A stretch of 64,000 nucleotides of DNA from Octopus bimaculoides. Taxonomy: Eukaryota. The position numbers and the translations under genes are program-made. A model generated the notes under the pieces. That model did no database searches. It was not told the DNA's origin and was given only the letters and a program-made list of their open reading frames with translations. Position 1 is the first letter of the stretch, and each line of letters begins with the position of its first letter. Positions 11,957 through 23,763 of this stretch are shown piece after piece. The stretch is taken from NCBI RefSeq assembly GCF_001194135.2, contig NC_068991.1, positions 7,019,953 to 7,083,952 on the forward strand, given 5' to 3'.

Positions 11957-14900
11957 AATACAGGTGAAGTATTCCATACTTCTAATTTCAAGTTAACTCC
12001 TCTTTTTTCTAACAGGAAAAGAAATGTTTTACTGTATCGAGTTACAAAGTCCTAACGATTTAAGATTTCAGAAAAAAATGCCAGAGTAAGGGTGTAAATA
12101 CCAAGAAAGGGACTAATAAGCATCTGGAGATGCAACACTGGTAGCTTAGTAGATTCTAGAAACTCGGCCATCAATGTTTCAATATCAATTTGGCATCGTC
12201 TGTCTTTATGTTCTGAGTTCAGATTCCACCGAGATCGACTTTGCCTTTTGTCCTTTTGGGGTTGATAAATTAAGTACCAGTGAAACACTGGGGTCGATGT
12301 AATCAACTATCCCCCTCCCCCGAAATGTCAGGCCTTGTACATATAGTAGAAAAGAATATTAATTTTACATCCAAGAAAATCATAGCAAATTCTGAACAGA
12401 AGTTTTTTTTTAATTAATTAATTGTATACTTTCAGCTTTATTTTCTACTCATTTAACAAATTTTTTTTTGATTTTGCAATAACTTGTTTCAATCTCTTCA
12501 TCTTAGCTTTCATTTTCAAGAAATGTTTGTCACATATTTCCACACCATTAGACTGAATAAGCAATGCAGGTTTCTTGCATAACTGCTATTATGAATCTAG
12601 TTACAACTTGACAGATCTCTTATTGTCTGTATTGAAATATTGAACTGGTTTCATCATGCCATAATCTTTTTGAATATCAGATGTTGATGGTGATGGGTCT
12701 CATCCAATTTTGACCCCTGTAAATGTTTGTAGTTTTCTAATAAGACTACCATAGAGAGAAAAGTCAATTTCCTGTTCATCATCTTTCATCCAGTGATCCT
12801 CATATTTATTATAAACTACCATGCAATGGTCTTTGTTTTGTGTGTGTGTGTGTGTGTGTATTTCTCCATTCCTCTGTGAAAGTCAGGTATATCTTACCAT
12901 CTACTTTAAAATAACTTGTCACAGATTCCTGCACTAATCTATTATGCTTTGATTACTCTTTTGTGTCTATTGATAGCAAGCCATTTCAAATAATACAAAA
13001 TCAACATTTTTTAAACAATTTCTGTTCTAAAAATATGGCATCCTTTATTGGATAGGATAAAAAACAAAAATAGATTTACTTCATTTTGTATTATTAATGG
13101 TTTGGTGGGTTTGTTTTTAAAAATTAAGCTTGCTTTTGTTACACTAACAGGTACAGAGATGTCATCATTGTAAATATCCAGCCAGCTCTCAGAAAAAATA
13201 GAAAAAAATAAACTTGCTTTCAAAATACTTTTTATTTTATTTTATTTTTTTTGTGGAAAGTTGTACTTTAAAAGTACTAAGATACCTAAAAGATACTACA
13301 AACTTTGTACTTTATCCATTGAATATAATTTACAAAAGTCAACGTGTAGGGTTTTTTTTTCTTCTTCTCTACACCATCTGACTTATAAATATCTGCAAGT
13401 ATTTAAAAAATTGTTTTGTTTTTTAACTGTATGATCAAAGAAAAACCGGTGAAAAAAAACAAAGTATATTCACATTATTGGAAATATATATATATATCTT
13501 TTTTTTCAGTTTATTCGCCATTAATTAAGTTGTCTCCTTTTTTTTTTTTTTTTTAAATTAAATTTTACCACAAGAACTTGCTGTTTGGGTCTTGTGAGTT
13601 TATCACATTCTTAACTTTGTAACCTCATCCACACTATTTCAATCAGCATATTATGTGATTATCTTCAGATATGTCCATATATATATATATATATATATAT
13701 ATCCTTTAGCTAAAAAATGAAGTACTTGTATTTGTAACGCAAGATTTCAGTTTTCTTAGGTGATATGTAAAGAACATTGAAACCTTGCATTAGACATAAA
13801 TTCAATTCTAATGGGAAATTATGTTTAAGTATGACATTTATGCAATCAGATAAAAATATAGTAATTGGTAGGAACACAAAAATTTGGTTAAAAGCCCAGA
13901 AAACCCAAACTATACCAGCAGTATCTTGTTTTAAAAATTATGTTATTACTATTATTTCTTTGTATCTTTCCTGCTTCCTGAAATTGATTTATTTTTATAC
14001 TTCATTCTTAAATTTGTGAATTTTTTTTTTTAATGTAAATTTCTATTCATTTTGAATTTTATTGAAAATTCATAATTAAAGGAATAAAATCAGAAACTAA
14101 GCTTCGTTTTAATTTCTTTCAAAAAATTTTATTCTTTTACTGTTTTCAGTTATTTGTGTATTGCCATGCTGGAGTACCGGCTTCAAGGAATTGCTCAAAC
14201 ATATGCTGGTGCAACATCATGAAGAATTTTTAGTCAAATGAACTGACCCCAATACTTACATATAATTTTTTTTGTTTGTTTTTTGTTAAGCCTGACACTT
14301 TTTCTATCAGTCTTTTTTGTTGAACTGCTAAGTTTCTGGGACATAAACACCCTGGTACTAGTTGTCAAATGGTGATGGGAGAGACAAACATAGACACAAA
14401 GACACCGACGCACGCGCACACACACACACACAAGGATCTTTCGGTTTCTATCTACCACATCCACTTCACAAAGGCTCTGAGGCTATAGTAGAAGACACTT
14501 GCCCAAGGTGCCTCGCAGTAGGACTGAACCAGGAACTGTGTGGTTGGGAAGCAAGCGTCTTACCACACAGCCATACCTGAATAAGATACAGAACTGTTTG
14601 TTTGATATTCTGTGGTGCAATTGTACATTTTAAGGTTGTCAGAGATTAGGTTGTCCTATCTTCATTCAAATATCTTTTCAAGGTCTCTGTTCAAGGGGGT
14701 AATGTAAATATGGTGCGAGATATTTATTATAAGGTTACAGAAGATTAAAGCGGAATGAGAGATAATATCATTTATTTATGAGTGGTGAAGTGGCAGAATT
14801 GTCACTGGGTGGAATGTGTAGTTGTTTTTCTTCTGGTTCCTTATGTTCTGAGTTCAAATGCAACTGAGACTGACTTTATTTTTCATCCTTTCAGAGTTGA

Positions 14901-17821
14901 TAAAATAAGTACCAGTTGAGCAATTGGGAAGTGGTATAGCTAAGAGGGGAGAAAGACCACTGCCCTCAAGGATATTTGGCACAATTTCGTTTTGGCTCGA
15001 CTTCTATAAACATACTTCTTGGTAATTTCCATGAGCACATGTTGTCTTGGCAACTGTCAGCTGTGTGCTTGTTCTATTTGATGTATTGAAGTGGAAAGAG
15101 GAAGCTAATGGGTTGTTATTCCCTCAGCATACATATTACAATAATATAAACAAAAAACTAAACACCCTGTGCACACTAACACAGTATTTCACTAAATAAT
15201 GGTCTCAGATTTTGGCACAAGGCCAGCACGTTCAGGAGAGAAGGTAAATCAATTACATTGACCTAGTTCTCAACTGACACTTCTTTTATCAACCCCGAAG
15301 GAATGAAAGGCAAAGTCAACCTAGGTGGAATTTGAACTCAGAATGTAAAGACTGGTGAAATGCCGTTAAGCATGCTAACAATTCTGCCAGCTCGCCCACT
15401 TAATATCGCTAAATAGTGAAAACATGTCACCGTTCCTAAGAAAACCATTATGCATTTGCAGAAGATGAGATAATTCAGCAACAAGATTGTGTGAAAACAA
15501 AACAATATAAAGCACCTATAAACAAAAACATACTGAAACAATGGCATCTTTTGATGTTGAACCGAAATCCTTGATATTTGAGAAAAGAGCAAGAAGGAAA
15601 TATGATATTAATGACTTTTCTAAGACTTAGTTGTATAAATGAAATAAGATAACATGAGCCGGGAGTCAAAACTGTGTTGTTGCGTTGGGTTACTGGGGTC
15701 TTATCTCTTGTCTCAACTAAGATATTAAACATGCATTGAATTACATATGCGATTAAGTGGCTGTTCTTGTCATTTAACTCAGTTTAATCCTAATTGAGGA
15801 GATCTAGGATCAAAAGCATACATGCCACAACTGTCCCTGTGCAATGCAGCTTATTTAGACAAATGGGTGTGATTTAACTAATATTTCTGGCAGGTTGATA
15901 CCTGCATGTTATCTGTGTATGTACATGTGACAGCATGTCTAACATAAAAACTGAATCTATTACTAAGATGTACGACATAGAACTTGTGTGATTTCAAGAC
16001 AAATTTATATCTTAGTAATTTTTTTTGTGCAGGGGTTCCTTCAGACATGTGATCTATTTTAAGTGTTACGCAAGGGTAAAAAGGTTGATAAACACTGCTC
16101 TAACCCTTTTTGTTACCATATTTCTTTTAAAATACACTGCCTTTGTTTCAATTAATTTTGAAAATAATGTTTTATTTGTTATTATTAAGCTGATGTTTAG
16201 AATATAAATTAATAGAAAATTTTGATGGAAGGTTTTAGTTTACATCAGTTTAAAACAAGAAGTTTATATCAAAATGAAAGGCAGTCTTAAGCATGTTAGT
16301 ATCAAAAGAGCTAAAAAGCATTAGAATCTTAAAATGTAGCCTCTGCAGTCAATAAGCAAGAATAGTAGATGACATGATGACATCAGTGCTGGATAGTCTA
16401 GTATCGATCAAAACTGAATTCGTTAACCAACATTAACAGTTAGGTCAATATATCCACTGGACAGTATAGAAGGTAGTATTAATTGGTATATATGTGTTCA
16501 GAAACTTGTGAGGTAAGTAATTTAATTGACTGAACACTCCCTACAAATTTGCAGCTTTATGTTTGTGTAATAGATCAAAGTGAATCTAAGTTATTCAAAA
16601 GGGATGGATGGTAAGTCACACAAACATTACGGCAAAATATTGATAGAAATGATTCATCATTGCAAATATTAGTTTTCTGAAATCAACCAAGTCTTTTATA
16701 TATCTTGGTAACTGTTTCAGTTTTTATGGCATACATGTTGCCACATGTATGTATAGGGAGAATTCACAAAAAAACAACAGACGAAGACAGGTGGTGTAGA
16801 AAACGAATAGATGTATTAGTATAACGCTCGGGAATTGAGAAAGTCTTTAACATTTTGAGCCTACGCTCTTCCACAAAGAAACAAGGAGAGAAAAAAACGT
16901 GTGTAGTGGTCAGCGATCTATCATGGTGATGCTTTGGTTGGCCTGAGGCTATAGTAGAAGACACTTGCCCTAGGTGCCACTCAGTGGGACTGAACCCGGA
17001 ACTGTGTGGTTGGGAAGCAAGCTTCTTACCACATATATATGTATATGTATGTATGTATGTGTGTGTGCACTATTCTCCAGGGCAACACCTTTTCTAATAC
17101 CATACCAAATCACATCAAAACGGAAACAAAGCCCATAAAATTCAAATGTTCACTGGACAAATTTCTTCAAAAAAATCCGGGACCAAACTTCTATACCTGG
17201 ATATGTAAATCTCCCTCAAATCATGCAAGGCTGTTGTAAAAAAGCAACAACAAAAAAACACAGAAAGGTCATATTGGATAAGAAGGTCCTTGATAGACTG
17301 CTTAAAGATATTCTGTAAAAAAAATTCGTTCTTAAGACTGTGCTTAATCAGGTTAGCTTCACTAACCTAAACAACAACAACAACAACCACTGCAGAAGCA
17401 GCAGCAGTAAGCATGATGACAGCAATAACAGATACAAGGAACCTTTCAGAAGTATTATCTTACATTGGAATTTTGTCATTGTAACATGGTACCTGTATTT
17501 TATTTCAGTGATACCCACCAGAGGTGTAAACATAACAACACAAATTAATTCTACACTAGTTTTATTCATTTGTGATGACAATTTCGCAGTTGTTTATTTT
17601 TTATTTTATTTATTTATTTTTTTTTAATTACAAAAGGCAATTGTGTCCTTCAGCAAAACACTTTAGTTCATGTTGCTCCTGTCCACTTAGCCGGCAAAAA
17701 TAAGGTGTACCTGTAATTCAAAGGGCCATCCTTGTCATATTCAGTGTCACGTTGAATCTCCCTGACAACTACATTCTTTTCTACTCTAGGCACAAGGCCC
17801 GAAATTTTGGGGGAAGGGGCC

Positions 17822-18435
17822 ACTTTTCTCTCAATATGTTTGCACTTTGCCATACATGCGCACTGATGTTGCACACCCAACGGAGTATACTACCTTCTTT
17901 TCTCTCCAGTCTACACACGTCTTTTGTATTCAGAATCCATGTCTCACCACCATGGAGTATAGCCATTCGCACACAAGCATCATATAGTCTACCTTTCACT
18001 CTGAAAGAGAGTTCTTTTGTTACAAACAGAGGTAATAGCTCTCTGAACTTCCTCCACCTGATTCTTATTCTAGAAACAATGCTTTCAGAGCATCCTCCAC
18101 TATTGCTAATTTGGTCACCTAGGTAACAGAAACTCTCTACAACCTCAAGAGAGCTTCCTAAGCATTTGAGAGAATCTGTCTAAGTCCCATGTGTTCTTAG
18201 TGCTTATTGTTCCTACTCACCTGCCACATACAAAGACGATTTTATCTGTTAATCTACCTGTGACCCACTGCACCTCTTATGTGCCTCTAGTTTACACTGG
18301 GTGCAGCGAGTGGAATTTCTTCCAACTTCTTTCCTACATATTGAGCAGGGACATTTACCCGATGGAGAGAGAGCTTTATCTTCTTTCTTACTAACAACAA
18401 CTTTGGTAGACTTAGCTAACCCAAAGGCTAAGAAA
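17822..18435 (-). mobile_element. RTE-clade LINE ORF fragment (end of RT region with Cys-rich insert)
   Basis: Minus-strand pieces SGKCPCSICRKEVGRNSTRCTQCKLEAHKRCSG, LEVVESFCYLGDQIS and KGRLYDACVRMAILHGGETW are typical of RTE ORFs. Confidence 0.88.
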
Positions 18436-21400
18436 TTTGCTATTCAAATACAGAACTCAACAAATATTGAATGCATATTCTTCAGTCAGGAACGAGGGGT
18501 ACAACTGTAGAAAATGTACCTTCACAAATTCCATCTAACCCATGCAAGCATCAAAAAGTGGATGTTAAAATTATGATGGTGGTGGTGGTGATGATAATGA
18601 TAGTGATGATGATGATGTTGGTGGTGACGGTGATGGTGCTGATTGTAAGCGATACAGTTACAATGCCACTTTATATATTTTAAAAGCTTAATTCCACATA
18701 ATTACCTTGTGACATCTAATACTTTATACAAGTTTTGACAGTATTATAAATAGGAAGAGAACAATGAAATGAAAAATAAAGGAATGACTCTTATTGCCTT
18801 GAGTTGTTTGGATAAGGTGCTCTATTCATTTTAGATTCCATGAAATAATAAACTAGCAGCATTCTTATTTTTATAAAAGAGGACAGTTAGAAATATATAG
18901 ATATATGTAAATTCCAACAACTCATGGAAATGTCCTAATTGTTCAGCCTATGTAAACCATAGAAAATTAGGTGTAAAATTATAGATATTTCTTCTTAACG
19001 ATGACTAATTAATTATTGATCTCTTTTCTCCAGCAATTTGTTCATGAATTTGATCCTCCTTCAATCAGTTTGTTCAACCTGTTCCTATTGACAAAGAAGC
19101 CTCTAGATGATCACATACTAGAAACAGTAGCCAAATACCCCTCATTTCATACACTTCTATCTTAAAAAATGGAAGGACACGTTAAATAATGTAAATCCTA
19201 AACCTAATATTTTATCGTTTAATTGTTGTTTAACATCCGCTTTTCATGCTGGCATGGGTTGGACATTTATAGCCTCAACTAGACATGTATATCTCAAAAT
19301 AAAACCAGATAGCCATGGCTGAACCTTCTGTGACTATAAGTCTTCTTGGTCAGTGCTGACCTTCGGCTAAACAACAATAACAATCTGTTTCTACAGTTGT
19401 CAGTTTGTTTAGCAACAAGTTTCTCTCGCCATTCAACTTGAAAACTGTTATTTTTCTACAAGATAAACTTAATCCTTACTGAGCTGATGGAATTTTTGTG
19501 TACTAACATGAAGATGCTGAATGAATCTATCAAAATTGGTTGAACTCGACATTCTCATGTTATCTTTGTCTTTTATCCTTTACTTGTTTCAGTCATTTGA
19601 CTGTGGCCATGCTGGGGCACCACCTTGAAGAATTTCTAGTCGAATGAGTTGACCCCAGGATTTTTTTTTTAAGCCTGGTACTTATTCTATCAGTCTCTTT
19701 TGCTGAACTACATAACACCAGTTGTCAAGTGGTGGTGGGGGACAAACACAAATACATATTATGGTGGGCTTCTTTAAGTTTCTGTCAATCAAATCCACTC
19801 ACAGAGCTTTGGTCAGTCCAAAGTTATAGTAGAGTCTATAGTAGAACCCAGAACCATGTGGTTGGGAAGCAAGCTTCTTACCACACAGCCATGCCTGTAT
19901 TTAAAATCACTTGTTATGTACACAAATGATAACTAAAACAGCATTCTGTATATTTTACTTAATGTAAATATACTATAGAAAGCTACAAAAACTGTGGTAT
20001 TAGTTTCAAGACCCCATCTTGTATAGATATATAGTGCTAAAGGGCACAGAAGCAAATCAGCAGCAGATAAAAAATTTCCATGTCATTAGACAAACAGTCC
20101 CAAAACATCTTAAAGTTAGCTCACATTCAAGAGGAACTGCAGTCATCATTCATCTTGTAGTGGATCAGTGTGTGGTATCTCTCAAAGCAGTAAGCACACA
20201 CAATGGTTTTTCTCACTCTCAGTACTAGTATCTCACCATTTATGGTATCAACTAGACATGTAAAATCTGCAGTTAACTTCACTTGTCTTGGTCTTGTGTC
20301 ATCTTTTATTGTGAGGCCCAGTATCTTCACATTGGATCTCTTCACTTCTGTTCCATCTGCCACATGTTACCTTTCTAATCTATACAAACATAACTGATTA
20401 TGCAAATGCCCAGCTGTTCTCTTGGCTCATTTATGATCCATTTTAATGTAAATTAATGTAAAATTATATTTAATGCTTCAACAAGTGTTCCACATTCAAC
20501 AGCTCCATGTAATGATTTCAGATTCTGGTACAAAGCCAGTAATTTTAGGGGGAGGGGTATGTCTATTGCATCAACCTTGGTGCTCAACTGATATTTATTT
20601 TCTACATGTTGAGCAAAGTCATTACCTAAATGACACTAGGATCTTGTATTTCATGAATTTCAAGCACCTAAATCTTTGCCATGCTGGCATTCGACTATTC
20701 TTCTTGGTTTGGAATTTTCTATACAACACCTCAACAGTTTATTATGTCACAGCTATTGCTATTGTCAGCACGTTAACATTTTACACAATTCTCATCCATT
20801 TGCAAGACATGTTCATACTAGTATAACACTCTCCTGCACACATCTGTTACTTCTGGTCGTAGCTGCTCACTTGTTCACAGGTTCTGTTATGGAAATCAAT
20901 TTATCGGCTAATATAAGTATCCAGTAACAAACAGTTCTGAGCTCAAGTGTTATTATTTTAACCATTGGGTTATCAGACAAATCTCTTCAATTCTTTTTTT
21001 TTCCATAGTTGGTACTGAAAAGTGGTAAAATTTATTCAAATTTCAAAAGCAATAAACTGAAGTAGCAGAGGAAGAATGTGGCTGCAAAATGCCATAAAAT
21101 ATCATGATAAAATAGTTCTTGTGTTAATTCAAATAACAAACTATATTCTTTTACTTCTTTCAATCATTTTGACTGTGGCTATGCTGGAGCAATGCCTAGA
21201 AAGGTTTTAGTCGAACAAATCAACTTCAGGGATTATTTTTTAAGCCTAGTACTTACCGGTTGCTAAGCAGTGATGGGGGACAAACACACACACATAGAGA
21301 TATACATATATATATATATATATATATACGATGGGCTTCTTTCAATTTCCTTATACCATATCCACTCACAAGGCTTCGGTCAGCCCGAGATTACAATAGA

Positions 21401-22861
21401 AGACACTTGCCCAAGATGCTACTCAGTGGGACTGAACCCAGAGCCATGTGGTTGGGAAGCAAGTGACTTACCACACAGCTATGCCTATGCCTAAATATAT
21501 AGGCAAAAAAAAAAAAATGAAGAACTTTATCTGACAATCCAGCCTAGCCCTCTGTTGGTTATGATGATGAGGGTTCCACTTGATTCAATCAACCCTTAGT
21601 TCTCAAGGATATTCAGTGAGACACAGAAGATGACAAAGCTGGCTGGCCCTTTTGAATTACAGGTACAACTCATTTTTGTCAGCTGAGTGGACGGGAACAA
21701 TGTGAAATTGAGTGTCTTGCTCAAGGACATGATATGCCACCAGGAATTGAACTCACAACTTCATGATTATGAGCCGAATACCCCTAACCACTAAGCCCGA
21801 CATAATGAATAGCAGGGTTCTGTAACAGTTATTAGTGAATACTCACAGGGTAATCAGGTTCAGCGGCATTGTGTGGTGCCTTGGTCAACTGTTACACCTG
21901 TCTCACAAGTGTAAATAGTTTATTTACTCAACCTTCTGTCAATAAGAAAAAGACTTGCAGTTGAAAATAAGAAAATACTAAAAAAAAAAAAAATCCAAAA
22001 AACTATGGAAAAAAGAAAGAAGTGTGCTAAATCCAGTTTGTTTAATTAAAAGAGAAAGTATGAGTGAGTAGCAGCATGTACTATAAGCAGAGGTAACTGA
22101 CATGTGTGAATCAAGATTATAACCTAATTTTCTATTGCTGATCAGATTCCAGCAATTCACATTACACCAGGAATACAAAAGCTACTTTTTTTGCCTTTTT
22201 CTTTTTACTGTCACCAAAGGGTATAGTGAGTTTTCAGACATTTTTCTTACCAATTATATTCTGATTCATAAAACTGCCACACAGCCTTACAATTCAGAAC
22301 ATTTACCATCACTTTTCCTCATAATACAAACTTACTCTTAGCTTCTTTTCTGCTAAATTGGCGTTTCTTAACCATTCTTTTTTTTTTTTGCAGCTCCATT
22401 CCCTTTAACCCTTTAGCATTCAAACAGGCCATATCCAGCCCAAATCTGTTATTATGTTCAAACTGGCCTCTCACACCTACCCTACAATGTCACTCTAAAC
22501 ATAAACAACCACATCGTCAAAGTCGCAAAGCTAAGAGGTAATACATGATTAATTTGAAACGACCCGGCAAGTAAAGTGATATCACAGCTGTAGCCTATAC
22601 CAGTGTCACATAACCAGCCTATTTAAAAGCCCCCTTGATGCATTGAGCGATACACTGTGCTTGAGAAAACCTACTGAGTCAAGTAAAATCAAAATCAAAA
22701 TGGAAATTGTAGTTGTGACCGATGCCAGTGCCGCCTGACTGACTCCCATGCTGGGGGCACATAAAAAGACCTACTATACTCTCAGAGTGGTTAGGAAGGG
22801 CATCCAGCTGTAGAAACTTGCCAGATCAGATTGGAGCCTGGTGCAGCCGATGGCTCACTTA

Positions 22862-22989
22862 AAGGGCATCTAGCTGGAAGGACATCTGGTTTGAAGGATA
22901 TCTGGCTGGAAGAGCATCTGGCTTGAAGGGCATCTAGCTGGAAGGTCATCTGCCTGGAACAGCATCTGGTTTGAAGGGCATTCAGTCAT
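22862..22989. repeat. 16-bp minisatellite, ~8 diverged units
   Basis: Units such as aagggcatctagctgg, aaggacatctggtttg and aaggatatctggctgg at a strict 16-nt period with no spacers. Confidence 0.92.
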
Positions 22990-23542
22990 AGAAACTCTGC
23001 CTCAGTAAATTCCATCTGACCCTTGCTAGCATGGACAAGTGGATGTTAAAACAATGATAATTTTCCGTAGAAAGGACCAGTAAAGTACTGATCAGAATTG
23101 ATTCCTCTCACTTTTTGAGAACCAGTTTATGTTGCACTGTTGGGGGAGGGGCATGAGGAGTGCTACGTGCAGAGTCTCTTTCTTCCAAGAAATAGAGGAG
23201 GGTCAAGTCAAAGGTTAACAACTTCTTTATGTCTAACATGCAATATGAAACTACTTAAAGAAACCAGAGAACATGACTTGGGCGGTGGTGGTGGGGATCA
23301 ACATGTTGTACGGCACAGAATACTAAAAAAAAAATCCCATAACTCTAATGATATATAAAAGTACAAGAAAAGAGAATTACTAAAATTGAAACCCTCTGTT
23401 TGTTTTGCAAATTTAAGAAGATAAAATAGCAGGTGTTCTGTAATGTAATCTGTAGAACGATCACCTAGCAAGCAACAGATACACGGTTCTAATTTTGTCA
23501 ATGAACTCTTTGTTAGTTTTATTTATTTATTTTCTATCTTAA

Positions 23543-23763
23543 CCCATTAGCATTTAAACTGGCCAGATCCGGCCCAAATATTCCATCTGTTTTATGTTCA
23601 GACTGACCAGATGATCTAACCTCTCATACCTACCCTACAATGTCATTCTAGAAATATGCAAACACACCATTTAAATCTTGGAGTTACAAGATAATGTATG
23701 AATAATTCAAATCAATGTGAATAAATAAGCATTACGTTTGACATAGTCTGAATGCTAAAGGTT
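23543..23763. mobile_element. piggyBac-type MITE (second family)
   Basis: TTAA|cccattagcatt ... aatgctaaagg ends. A truncated copy of the same family starts at 22409. Confidence 0.7.

Larger units (their letters stand above)
10600..12150 (-). mobile_element. Highly decayed putative Penelope-like retroelement (RT + GIY-YIG), interrupted by a SINE and a hairpin element
   Basis: Hand translation gives GFHHNIYQH*HSITMG...SHIFAEILVRYY (RT Q..G..MG motif), LWGYYI/NDNF (W.RYIDDIF-like), FIIIPF...ITKKF, HKSGVC and FKEHI in collinear order. There are many stops and frameshifts, and no database check was possible. Confidence 0.5.

Noticed and set aside
12016-12090. Plus-strand acceptor and donor pair suggesting a third gene
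   Set aside because: No further compatible exons were found, and the region is better explained by the minus-strand fossil element.
22862-22989. CRISPR-like interpretation of this and the 41-bp arrays
   Set aside because: The units are contiguous with no unique spacers, there are no cas genes, and the context is eukaryotic.
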